From: an uncultured archaeon
Lineage (GTDB): Archaea > Thermoproteota > Nitrososphaeria_A > Caldarchaeales > Calditenuaceae
DNA: 64,000 nt
Direction of reading: 5' to 3'
Assembly (NCBI GenBank): GCA_938017985.1
Contig: CALIKS010000017.1
Location: 496 to 64,495 of the forward strand
In this document: piece by piece, positions 48,380 to 57,156 of the stretch
Layout: each line of letters starts with the position of its first letter
Numbering within the stretch: position 1 is the stretch's first letter
Translations under genes and position numbers: made by a program
Notes under the pieces: generated by a model
Database searches by the model: none
Told to the model about the DNA's origin: nothing
The model's input: only the letters and a program-made list of their open reading frames with translations

Positions 48380-49363
48380 ATGATGAACAACATATTGACC
48401 AACCTGAGCACCAATACTCAACAAGAAATGCACCTATTTATAGATTACTCAGAAGAATGCCTACACACAATCAAACAACTCAAAAACACACAAATAAAAG
48501 AAAACTGGACAAAACCAAACACCAACAAAGACATAGAAGACAACACACCACTACTAATAGACACCACAAACATCAAACCCATCAAAATCACACCAAACAA
48601 GCCCAAAAACATCACCGCAATCGACGCATCAGTCATAAGAATAGCAGAATCAACCAGAGGCACAGTAATAGCACTAAGAGGAGCAATCGTCCACAGAACC
48701 AACAACATAAAAATCGAAGTCATAGGACCAATGATAAAATTCATCAGCTACGAAGGCAAAACAAGCACAACAACAATAGACACATCCATCAAAACAGAAC
48801 TAAAAATCTTCGAGCGACTAATACAACTCTACGCAGCCTCAAAGGTCAGAGACACAATCATACTCCTAGACCACTCACTAACAATCACGCCAGACAAGCC
48901 AGGCAGCCTACTCCTAGACATGCTTGAAACATCAAGTAAAAACTCAAACATAGTCATGGCATTCTCAAAAGAAAGCAACATAATACTTTCAGGAAACACC
49001 CTCCAAAGCATCGACGCTGATACTAAACCCCCATTCATAATAGACTTAACAAACTCCATCAAATATAAGACACCGACATTTAGACACGCCGGCAACATCT
49101 ATCTCTCTAGACTATCAAAACAACTATTTCCATACCGCGTAGACACTTATCCAAGCTCAGCAACAGCACATGTCTTCGGATCATTATTATCATCCGATGC
49201 ATTGATATATGGCTACCCAGAGACACTATCAATAGCGCATTCATTATGTACTTTCACATGGCTCGACGTTGTTGGACTGCAAAGAGCATTAATCGAGAAT
49301 ACATCCGCCATACTAATAGACGGGCCTGAGAACAGGATGGCTTTATTATCACCATTCTCATAG
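48380..49363 (+). CDS. NurA-like nuclease domain protein
   Basis: NurA-type motifs appear in order: ITAIDASV (Asp motif), KIFERL, IILLDHSL and GYPETLSIAHSL. It lies immediately upstream of a HerA-like ATPase. The first ~750 nt have extreme A+C composition. Confidence 0.6.
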   Translation: MMNNILTNLSTNTQQEMHLFIDYSEECLHTIKQLKNTQIKENWTKPNTNKDIEDNTPLLIDTTNIKPIKITPNKPKNITAIDASVIRIAESTRGTVIALRGAIVHRTNNIKIEVIGPMIKFISYEGKTSTTTIDTSIKTELKIFERLIQLYAASKVRDTIILLDHSLTITPDKPGSLLLDMLETSSKNSNIVMAFSKESNIILSGNTLQSIDADTKPPFIIDLTNSIKYKTPTFRHAGNIYLSRLSKQLFPYRVDTYPSSATAHVFGSLLSSDALIYGYPETLSIAHSLCTFTWLDVVGLQRALIENTSAILIDGPENRMALLSPFS

Positions 49364-49372
49364 CGATGCAAA

Positions 49373-50821
49373 ATGAAGATACTTAGAAAGCATAACAATA
49401 CGGTCGAGGTCCTTACGCTCCCCGGAGACGCTGAACTAGAAAGAGGAGATTTTTTAATTGCCAGTGAAGGAAGCATGGCATTGCTCCTACAAGTAATAGA
49501 TATGGAATATGCAGACATACCGGGAGTACTCGAGGACCTTCTCAGAGAAATTTCTATTGAATCGATAAATGAGTCTCGGCTATTTGACCCCTTTAACATC
49601 TCTTCACTCACGATGATTATTAGAGATTCAAGAATAATCCTGACAAAGATAAGAGCAGTTATAGAAAATGGTAAATTATCAATGAATAAAGTCTGGATGC
49701 CTTCAAGATTTACCGCTAAGCTTGAGAGGATAAGTGTCAACAATGTTTTAAGCATGCTGGGTGCAAGGACAAATATACCGATATTTGTCGGAAGAACTGG
49801 AGACGAAGAATTATACATAGATGCTATTGAGCTGGAGGGTAAACTGTCAATTATTACTGGGAAAAAGGAGTCTGGCAAATCACATCTAGCAAAGATTTTA
49901 TCTACCGAGCTTGCTGCTAATGGTGGGACTGTAGTTGTTCTTGACATAAATGGAGAATACGTTAATTTAGGTCGCTATAAGTCAGGGACAACAAATCCAT
50001 TAAACGACAAAATTGTTGTTCTTGAACCGGGGAAGAACTTTAAAGTAGGCATATCTGACGTTGAGCTTAGTATTTTATTGGATATACTTGAACATGTTTA
50101 TGGAACCCCGACAACAAGTCTTCGAGAGTTTGCAAGAATCTGGAATACACTAAAGAATAGAGGCCTTATCTCTTCTCACGAATTGATGCAAGCAGTAAAT
50201 AGATTTCAGATAAATGAGGCAGTTAGAGAGGCTTTGCTTAGTCGTCTGTTATCACTAATCAACTCTGGGTTTTTCATTGATGGTGAAGGGGATGGCCTAA
50301 TAGACATCTTCTCGAGGCATAATGATGGTTTATTGCTAGTGATTAATTTGAGTAAGTCTACTCCTCAGCTTCGCCGCGTTGTAGTTGAATATTTATTGAG
50401 CAGGCTCAATACTCTACTATTCTCAAATGTTATACGTCCTATTTTTCTATTTGCTGAAGAAGCTCACTTGTATCTTAGAAACACGTACTGGGAGGACCTT
50501 GTCACGAGGATGAGACATATAGGGATATCACCTATCTTTATTACCAATCAACCTGATACTGTTCCAGAGATGATTTATCGCCAAGCCGATAACATCTTTC
50601 TATTCAACTTCACCAACGATGCTGACTTAGAAGCACTCGCTAAGTACAGTCATCTTGATTCGGACACGATTAAGAAAATATCTCCTTATCTCCAAAGAGG
50701 GCAGGCATTGCTCGTTGGAAGAGTAGTACATGGCATTCCGGTCGTAGTAAATGTCAGAGATTCTGAATTCAATATGATGGGGACGACAAAGCTATTTTTT
50801 AAGGCAAAACAAACTATCTAA
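49373..50821 (+). CDS. HerA-like (FtsK-HerA superfamily, DUF87) ATPase
   Basis: N-terminal barrel-like domain. Walker A is ITGKKESGKS, then VVLDINGEY, Walker B IFLFAEEAH, RHIGISPIFITNQPD and ADNIFLFNFTNDADL, all in the HerA order. Confidence 0.7.
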   Translation: MKILRKHNNTVEVLTLPGDAELERGDFLIASEGSMALLLQVIDMEYADIPGVLEDLLREISIESINESRLFDPFNISSLTMIIRDSRIILTKIRAVIENGKLSMNKVWMPSRFTAKLERISVNNVLSMLGARTNIPIFVGRTGDEELYIDAIELEGKLSIITGKKESGKSHLAKILSTELAANGGTVVVLDINGEYVNLGRYKSGTTNPLNDKIVVLEPGKNFKVGISDVELSILLDILEHVYGTPTTSLREFARIWNTLKNRGLISSHELMQAVNRFQINEAVREALLSRLLSLINSGFFIDGEGDGLIDIFSRHNDGLLLVINLSKSTPQLRRVVVEYLLSRLNTLLFSNVIRPIFLFAEEAHLYLRNTYWEDLVTRMRHIGISPIFITNQPDTVPEMIYRQADNIFLFNFTNDADLEALAKYSHLDSDTIKKISPYLQRGQALLVGRVVHGIPVVVNVRDSEFNMMGTTKLFFKAKQTI

Positions 50822-50828
50822 TAGGCAA

Positions 50829-51491
50829 ATGCAAGACCGTCTCATCCCTATTCCAGAAAAAATACGTGTAGAGTTGATGAAACAATATACAATGATAGAG
50901 TCGGTGATTCAATCTAGATTGAAAGAGTTCCAGATGTTTGAGAGAGATAATATCGATAAGCTTTTTGCAGAGATGAGCTTTTGCGTGTTAACTCCTCAGT
51001 CTAGGGCAAAGGCTGCAGATGCTGCTGTGAAGGAGCTTATGACTATTGGCTTATTATTTAGAGGAACGCATAGGCAAGTTGCTAATGTATTGAGAAGGTA
51101 CGGAGTAAGGTTTTATGAGGCTAAGTCTCGATACATAATCTTAAACAGATATCTTCTCAATGATGATGGGAGAGTGTTGAAAAAAATGTTGAGCTTGAGT
51201 CCATTTGACAGTAGAGAAGCATTGACGAGAAATGTTTGGGGCTTCGGATATAAAGAAGCCTCTCATTTTCTAAGGAATATAGGATTTACCGGTCTATCAA
51301 TTCTTGATAGACATATTCTCAGGAATATGCAGTATATGGGCATAATAAATGAGATTCCGAGAACATTGTCGAGACGCAAGTATCTCGAGCTTGAGCAAGT
51401 TTTTATTGCTACGGCTCAATCTTTAGGCCTTAGTCCTGAGGCTCTCGACTTGCTACTCTGGTATAGAGCCACGGGTGAAGTATTCAAGTGA
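50829..51491 (+). CDS. ogg: N-glycosylase/DNA lyase (archaeal Ogg2-type 8-oxoguanine glycosylase)
   Basis: It has HhH-GPD-like core segments FCVLTPQS, GYKEASHFLRNIG and ILDRHILR. The size of about 220 aa matches archaeal Ogg. Confidence 0.7.
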   Translation: MQDRLIPIPEKIRVELMKQYTMIESVIQSRLKEFQMFERDNIDKLFAEMSFCVLTPQSRAKAADAAVKELMTIGLLFRGTHRQVANVLRRYGVRFYEAKSRYIILNRYLLNDDGRVLKKMLSLSPFDSREALTRNVWGFGYKEASHFLRNIGFTGLSILDRHILRNMQYMGIINEIPRTLSRRKYLELEQVFIATAQSLGLSPEALDLLLWYRATGEVFK

Positions 51492-52432
51492 GTAGCTTAG
51501 TCACACCGTCTGATGAATTATTGAGTTTTCTTAAGGAGCTACCCGATATGGATATCGAGGCTTATCTAGATGCTGTATCAAAACCCCTCCCAGAGTGTTT
51601 TAGGATTAATACGCTTAAACTTTCTGAGGAACGAATAATTAGCCTGCTTAGAGATAGGGGATGGCAATTCGAGAAACTGCCTTGGGTCAAGACTGGCTAT
51701 AAATTACTAAACAGTACTGAGCGAGGAGTAGGCTCATCGATGGAGCACATGTTAGGTTTAATATACATTCAGGGCCCTATCTCCATGCTTCCTGCAGAAG
51801 TGCTGGAGCCGGCTCCTAGAATGATTGTACTTGATTTGTGCGCTTCTCCTGGCAGCAAGTCTACTCAGATTGCTCAGTTAATGAGGAATACAGGCATTCT
51901 TGTATGTAATGATGTTTCATCAACTAGGATAAAACCACTTGTAGCCAATATTCAGCGATGTGGAGTAATTAATTCCATTATTACTCAGTCTGATGGTAGG
52001 TATTTTCATAGATGGGTAAGGGAGCAATTTGACAGAGTACTAGTAGACGCTCCATGCAGTTCATTAGGCATAGTATCTAAGGATTGGACTGCTGCAAATA
52101 AGTATAACGAAAAAATTTCAAAAAGGATTAGTAAACTTCAGCAATCATTGCTAATCTCTGCATACGAGTGTTTAAAGCCGGGTGGGCTTTTAGTATATTC
52201 AACCTGCACGATACATCCATTAGAAAATGAAAACGTAATCACGTATCTATTAGATAAGAAAAAAGATGCAGAGTTATTGCCAGTACTAGTAGAGGGGCTT
52301 AGGTCAAGGAGCCCTCTTGAAGAATGGAGGGACATAAAATTTTCATCTGAGGTTAAAAAATGCTTCAAGTGTTACCCATACGACAATTACGCAGAGGGGT
52401 TCTTTATAGCAAAAATTAGGAAGGAGGCCTGA
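51488..52432 (+). CDS. NOL1/NOP2/Sun-family RNA (cytosine-C5)-methyltransferase
   Basis: Motifs VLDLCASPGSKS, VLVDAPCSSLG and LVYSTCT (two catalytic Cys) are present. The GTG start overlaps the ogg stop. Confidence 0.85.
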   Translation: MSSLVTPSDELLSFLKELPDMDIEAYLDAVSKPLPECFRINTLKLSEERIISLLRDRGWQFEKLPWVKTGYKLLNSTERGVGSSMEHMLGLIYIQGPISMLPAEVLEPAPRMIVLDLCASPGSKSTQIAQLMRNTGILVCNDVSSTRIKPLVANIQRCGVINSIITQSDGRYFHRWVREQFDRVLVDAPCSSLGIVSKDWTAANKYNEKISKRISKLQQSLLISAYECLKPGGLLVYSTCTIHPLENENVITYLLDKKKDAELLPVLVEGLRSRSPLEEWRDIKFSSEVKKCFKCYPYDNYAEGFFIAKIRKEA

Positions 52433-52435
52433 TCG

Positions 52436-52912
52436 ATGAGGGGCGTGTTAACTGAGGATGAAAAAAGAAGAATAGAAAGCCTCTTAACCAGTTATTATGG
52501 AATTAGCGATGGGCTCCAAGACTACGTAGTCTTAGTGGGCGGCGAGAACAGAGTCAGAATTACTCATAAAGAAGTTTTAGAATTTTCTTGGAGACTGAAA
52601 AATGTTGTCAATATGGGTCTATATGTAGCGAAACTTACTGATGAAGGAATTTCCCTCTCGATTGAGGGCGCGCAATTTTTTTCACATAAAATCATGAAAA
52701 ACCTCATAGAGATAGATATGAATGAAGCAGAAAGATGGATGCAGGGGATACCGATTAGAATTGAGACTCAACCAGCATCTAAATACGTCGTAGTCAAGTG
52801 TGGAGATATCTTTCTAGGCTCTGGGAGAATAGGCAGGGACGGATTTATCTATCCACAGATATCAAAAAATAGACTAACGAGAAAATCTCCAGACTTAAGC
52901 AAGAATCCTTGA
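52436..52912 (+). CDS. PUA-like RNA-binding protein resembling the C-terminal domains of RsmF-type methyltransferases
   Basis: 158 aa, starting 3 nt after the NSUN gene. The C-terminal YVVVKCGDIFLGSGRIGRDGFIYPQ resembles the RsmF PUA-like domain pattern. Confidence 0.4.
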   Translation: MRGVLTEDEKRRIESLLTSYYGISDGLQDYVVLVGGENRVRITHKEVLEFSWRLKNVVNMGLYVAKLTDEGISLSIEGAQFFSHKIMKNLIEIDMNEAERWMQGIPIRIETQPASKYVVVKCGDIFLGSGRIGRDGFIYPQISKNRLTRKSPDLSKNP

Positions 52913-53464
52913 TTTTATTTCTTCAAAGTGTTGGGGTAGAGATTCTACAACCTCACCGACTAGCGCTGCAAATTGTATAGTGGATCCATCCCGCGGTAGG
53001 CTTTTATAATAAGCAGCTATGTGTTCACCTCTAAGTCTTTCCTCCAATGGCGCGGCTTCGTTCGACATAGGTACTTCCAATCCACCGTCAATAACGCCCT
53101 TTATCGCTGCAAACACTCTCGACCCATGCACTGGGCTATATCTTCCTATATCAGCAATTGCCTTCTTAATTCCCATCTCTGCCGCCTTCTTTCCTGCGAT
53201 AAGGCCTGTCAGATAAGCTGCTGGTAAATTTTTAGTACCACCCTTCCAGCCATAGGAAGACAAAACCTTAGAATTCACTGTGAGGATTGTGCGGTCCCCT
53301 CCGAGTCTCGATTCTACTATCTGAACAAGAATGTATCTATTTGAGCGCCTAACAACTACTCTTGGGAGACCTGACTTCACGAGCTTTAGACGTAATCTAT
53401 AATCGGTCTTTCCCTCACGTTTCCTTCGGGGCGGGAACCTACGATAAAACACGCGTCTAACCAT
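52895..53464 (-). CDS. rpl18: 50S ribosomal protein L18 (uL18)
   Basis: The N-terminus RRKREGKTDYRLRLKLV and the archaeal spc-like context support the call. Confidence 0.9.
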   Translation of the reverse strand: MVRRVFYRRFPPRRKREGKTDYRLRLKLVKSGLPRVVVRRSNRYILVQIVESRLGGDRTILTVNSKVLSSYGWKGGTKNLPAAYLTGLIAGKKAAEMGIKKAIADIGRYSPVHGSRVFAAIKGVIDGGLEVPMSNEAAPLEERLRGEHIAAYYKSLPRDGSTIQFAALVGEVVESLPQHFEEIKSRILA

Positions 53465-53473
53465 GATTCACAC

Positions 53474-53905
53474 CTACCCTAACGGCGTCTTTACAAGTCG
53501 ATTCTCGACTAGGTATGACTTAAGGTCGGCTATGGATTTGAACCTTCCCGCTTTGATTTGGAGGTAGACTTTTCTATAAGCCTCTTCCTTTAAACGCCCC
53601 GAGTCTCTTAACATGGCGAGATATCTCCTCTGACTCCTCACCCTCATGATCCAACGTCTCTTACGCGTAATGACTGAGAATTTAGCTCCTTTTCTCCTGC
53701 CGGGTCCACGTCTCTCTTTTACTCTTATTCTCTGCTGCCCTCTAACTGGCTCAGCGTATATTGCGCCATCCTTGATTAGTGCCTTGATTTCTCCCCTAGT
53801 AATCGCGTCTCTAATCTCGTCGAGTCGTTCTTGGTTAAATCTGATTCTATTCTCACCGCATTTTAGAATGTCAGCCGCCAGTCTCTTTTGAATCTTCATG
53901 GACAT
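53474..53905 (-). CDS. rpl19e: 50S ribosomal protein L19e
   Basis: It has the KIQKRLAADILKCGENRIRF signature and a basic C-terminus. Confidence 0.9.
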   Translation of the reverse strand: MSMKIQKRLAADILKCGENRIRFNQERLDEIRDAITRGEIKALIKDGAIYAEPVRGQQRIRVKERRGPGRRKGAKFSVITRKRRWIMRVRSQRRYLAMLRDSGRLKEEAYRKVYLQIKAGRFKSIADLKSYLVENRLVKTPLG

Positions 53906-54346
53906 CTATGTGACACCTCTAGGTGGATTAAGCACTCTCAATCCAGCCGACTTGGCGGCCTCATAAATCTTTAATTTGTTCTTCCTCCCCACTCTTCCAG
54001 ATATTCTTACCGCATGTATGGTAGGGTTAAGTCCGATTAACTCCTTTTCACTACAGACTAGTACTTCTTTAAAGCCAGATGGATGGAGACTCCTATAATT
54101 CCTTGGAGACCTGTAGCCGACCTTTACTAGTGGTGGCCAGCCACTGACCTGTAGCCTCGTCTTACTGTCCTTTCCTCTCGGCCTTCTCCAACTATCCTCA
54201 AGCCTGACATATCTCCATGATTCTTGTCTCCTAAACTCGGGCCTCTCCTTCCTAGTCCTAAGTACTCTGCGTGGCAGCTTGATTGAAGCCCTCGGCTTCT
54301 TTGCTTCTTCTGAGCTCAATCTTTGCTTCCTAACCTCCCTTATCAA
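53906..54346 (-). CDS. rpl32e: 50S ribosomal protein L32e
   Basis: The FRRQESWRYVRL..WRRPRG...GYRSP pattern is typical of eL32. Confidence 0.9.
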   Translation of the reverse strand: MIREVRKQRLSSEEAKKPRASIKLPRRVLRTRKERPEFRRQESWRYVRLEDSWRRPRGKDSKTRLQVSGWPPLVKVGYRSPRNYRSLHPSGFKEVLVCSEKELIGLNPTIHAVRISGRVGRKNKLKIYEAAKSAGLRVLNPPRGVT

Positions 54347-54466
54347 CTCGCCATCTATAAAACCTTCCTCAACAATGTATTCATACGCAACCTTAAGAAA
54401 ACAGTAGTTACGAAAAATATTTTTTAAACAACATTATGCAGCAATAATCCTATATTCAACGAGACA

Positions 54467-55363
54467 ATGTATTACTCAAGAAAAATAGCTATGATTGCTG
54501 CTGTAATTTTGGCTGGAGGCAGCTCAAAGAGGTTCGGCGTGAATAAATTGACCTACGAAGTTAATGGTGAAGCCATGATTAGACGAGTCTTCAATGCCGC
54601 TAAAGAAATCACAGAGAATATTTACTTATCAGTAAAAAATAGAGAACAGGCAATTTCTCTAATTAAGGTATGCGACAACCCTAGCGGAGTTATAGAAGAT
54701 TCATATAGTGAGGTCGACGGCCCTATTAATGGCATCATCACTTCACTAAAAAAATTACAATACGATGAAATCGTAATAATTCCAGGAGATATGCCTTACA
54801 TAAATTCAGAAGCACTAATCAAATTTGTCGATAACTGCAGCAGTATGAAGGCCAGTTCTGGCTCAATATATTGGCCCAACGGAGTAGTAAATGTACTTCT
54901 GCAATATCATAGACGCGAAGAAACGTTAAGGAACATAAATTTAATAGTTCTCAGGGGATGCTTGGCAAAGGCATCTGATACTTTAAGAGCTTCCCAAAAA
55001 AGCTGTTACATACCTGTAGATATTCTCTCAAAAGATGCAAGGACCTTCATTAACGTAAATACTCCTGATGATTTATTACCAAGAAAATTCTCATTACAGA
55101 CTCTTGGTCAAAAAATTAAGTGTATAGAAAAAGATACATCAGATAAATTCTTAAAAGCTACTTTTTTACTTCAAAGCGACCCATGTCTAGCCGTGGACCA
55201 ATATGTATTGGAAGGAGAAAGTTATGAGGCTGATGGCTTATATACATTATCACTCCATGCTTACAATGATGCAAAAATATGTATCCACAAATGTAAAAAT
55301 GTTGTCGAGAAAAAAATTGATGATAAAATAAATCGTATAAAATCATTATTATTCCATGAATAA
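54467..55363 (+). CDS. mobA: MobA-like molybdenum cofactor nucleotidyltransferase with ~100-aa C-terminal extension
   Basis: The N-terminus AAVILAGGSSKRFGVNKL and the IIPGDMPYI motif are present. I do not recognise the C-terminal third. Confidence 0.65.
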   Translation: MYYSRKIAMIAAVILAGGSSKRFGVNKLTYEVNGEAMIRRVFNAAKEITENIYLSVKNREQAISLIKVCDNPSGVIEDSYSEVDGPINGIITSLKKLQYDEIVIIPGDMPYINSEALIKFVDNCSSMKASSGSIYWPNGVVNVLLQYHRREETLRNINLIVLRGCLAKASDTLRASQKSCYIPVDILSKDARTFINVNTPDDLLPRKFSLQTLGQKIKCIEKDTSDKFLKATFLLQSDPCLAVDQYVLEGESYEADGLYTLSLHAYNDAKICIHKCKNVVEKKIDDKINRIKSLLFHE

Positions 55364-55368
55364 TAATA

Positions 55369-55854
55369 TCAGGATTTTATAAGACTTATTAAGTATTCAT
55401 ATAGCCTGTCTAATCCCTCATCACCTATAAATAATTTTTCTGTTCCTTTAAACAATTCATTATCTAGAATTATGTTTTGCTTAAAATAACATATATAGGG
55501 GTTAGAAATCTCTCTCAAAAAGTATTCAGCGTCCTCCCATTTCTCACCGATTATCAGCTTCAAAAATCTATTATCTCTTGACACTATGTGGTAAAATCCC
55601 TCCATGACGACTACGTCAAGATATTTTTCATTGAATAAATCAATTAGTTGGTCAGGAGTCAAATCATGTTCCTTTTTTTCTATTACTGCAAGCTCATTCG
55701 GAGAAACTACTGCTACAACAGAGGCGCCTGCATTTGTCATTCGCCAACTGTCCTTACCCATAGTGTCAATGCTAAAATCGGCGTGATGTACATGTTTCAT
55801 TGCACCTACCCTATAACCACGCTTGCTTAACTCATTGATAATACTGGCCGCCAT
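55369..55854 (-). CDS. mobB: molybdopterin-guanine dinucleotide biosynthesis adapter MobB (P-loop encoded upstream of first in-frame ATG; probable frameshift)
   Basis: A MobB-like core is present (RGYRVGAMKHVHH...). The in-frame sequence upstream of ATG 55854 reads VIKPLFIAIIGRKRVGKTE (Walker A), bounded by TGA TGA, with no ATG/GTG/TTG in that frame. See the finding at 55854..55917. Confidence 0.65.
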   Translation of the reverse strand: MAASIINELSKRGYRVGAMKHVHHADFSIDTMGKDSWRMTNAGASVVAVVSPNELAVIEKKEHDLTPDQLIDLFNEKYLDVVVMEGFYHIVSRDNRFLKLIIGEKWEDAEYFLREISNPYICYFKQNIILDNELFKGTEKLFIGDEGLDRLYEYLISLIKS

Positions 55855-55914
55855 CTCCGTTTTTCCAACTCTTTTTCTACCGATTATGGCGATGAATAGT
55901 GGCTTTATTACTCA

Positions 55915-57156
55915 TCACCTCGTAAAATTAATTATGACTTTATCACCTGCCTTAAGTTCTTTATCGCCTTTAACCAGGATGTATCCATCAGCTTTTAATA
56001 AGCTTCGGAATGATGAAGGATTAGACTTAAGTGGGACTGCGTGTATTTCATTATCCATGAATTTTAAATTAAGGAGAACAATACTTGTTAGTCCCGGCTT
56101 ACCTTTAACATCAGCATCAAGTACTGCCTGACAAACCTTAGCAAACTGATTTGCGCCCGTTAACAAACTGATTATTTTCTTTCCAAATATTTGGAAAGAG
56201 ACATACATTGACACAACGTGTCCAGGCATCATTAAGACAGGTCTCTGATTTACTATTGCGAAGCCGGTAGGCTTTGCAGGAAAACATCTGACGCCGTGAA
56301 AAATTATTTTGGCATTATCTATCGATTTAATCGCTCTGGGAACTATGTCATTAGGCCCAATTGAGCAGCCTCCGCTTGTAAATATTACGTCATATTCTTT
56401 TGATAGCTCTAGTAGCTTAGCCACAACTTCGTCTTCTTCGTCAGGCACGACAATAATTGGTGCCACGTCTAAACCAATTTCAGACGCTTTTCTTGATATT
56501 AGATATGAGTAATTAACTGCCTCAATTCCTCTATCTCTGTATCTTTCACATAGCTCGTCGCCGACAGCGATGATGGCTAGCTTAGGCTTCCGAAATACAC
56601 GCACCTTACATAGAGAAAGCTCCATCAGCATTGCAGCTATTTCTGGAGTAATTAAGTATCCAGCCGTTACTATTTGCTCTCCCTCACTAACTTCTTCCCC
56701 CTTCTTAATCACGTCTTTTCCTTTAGCAACTCTTTCAATTATTGTTACATAGTCTCCATCGACTCTATATCTCTCAGACCTAATGACGGCGTCTGCACCA
56801 TTCGGTAAGGGCATACCAGTAACTATGGGCGCTGCTTCACCACTCTGTATCGATTCAGTATTCACTTTTTTTAAGAGAAGTCTAACCGGGTGCTGGTGTG
56901 ATGCATATGATAAATCTTCACTCTTGACTGCTATACCGTCAAGTGCGGCTAAGTCTTGAGATGGAATATCTCTGGATGCATATATGTCTTCGGCTAATAT
57001 TCTTCCAGGAGACTCAGATACGTTTATGACCTCTACGTCTGGTTTAAAATACATTAATGAATTTTGAATCGCCTCTAACGCTTCTTCTAGGGTGATTAGA
57101 TGAAGAGTGGATGCATAACCTTGTAGATAATTAGTTGACTTCAAATCCTTTTTCAA
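55915..57156 (-). CDS. moeA: molybdopterin molybdenumtransferase MoeA
   Basis: MoeA layout of 413 aa with the SGGCSIGPNDIVP (MoCF_biosynth domain) motif. Its stop overlaps the probable mobB start. Confidence 0.8.
   Translation of the reverse strand: MKKDLKSTNYLQGYASTLHLITLEEALEAIQNSLMYFKPDVEVINVSESPGRILAEDIYASRDIPSQDLAALDGIAVKSEDLSYASHQHPVRLLLKKVNTESIQSGEAAPIVTGMPLPNGADAVIRSERYRVDGDYVTIIERVAKGKDVIKKGEEVSEGEQIVTAGYLITPEIAAMLMELSLCKVRVFRKPKLAIIAVGDELCERYRDRGIEAVNYSYLISRKASEIGLDVAPIIVVPDEEDEVVAKLLELSKEYDVIFTSGGCSIGPNDIVPRAIKSIDNAKIIFHGVRCFPAKPTGFAIVNQRPVLMMPGHVVSMYVSFQIFGKKIISLLTGANQFAKVCQAVLDADVKGKPGLTSIVLLNLKFMDNEIHAVPLKSNPSSFRSLLKADGYILVKGDKELKAGDKVIINFTR

Noticed and set aside
48295-48927. 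210-aa + strand ORF rich in H/N/Q/K/R/T (…HRRQHTTTNRHHKHQTHQNH…)
   Set aside because: It is an alternative frame of the nurA-like gene within the A/C-only region. Its low-complexity product is what G/T-free DNA gives in any frame. The nurA-like frame carries ordered family motifs and this one carries none.
47880-49400. Possibility that the abrupt composition change marks a chimeric assembly junction
   Set aside because: The nurA-like ORF is continuous across the transition. Family motifs occur on both sides (ITAIDAS and IILLDHSL upstream, GYPETLSIAH downstream). A read-level check is still advisable.
49213-49947. 244-aa minus-strand ORF antisense to the nurA 3' end and herA 5' end
   Set aside because: The product is Ser/Ile/Leu-rich and low in complexity, with no motifs. 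It is fully antisense to two ORFs with clear family signatures, so it is a typical shadow ORF.
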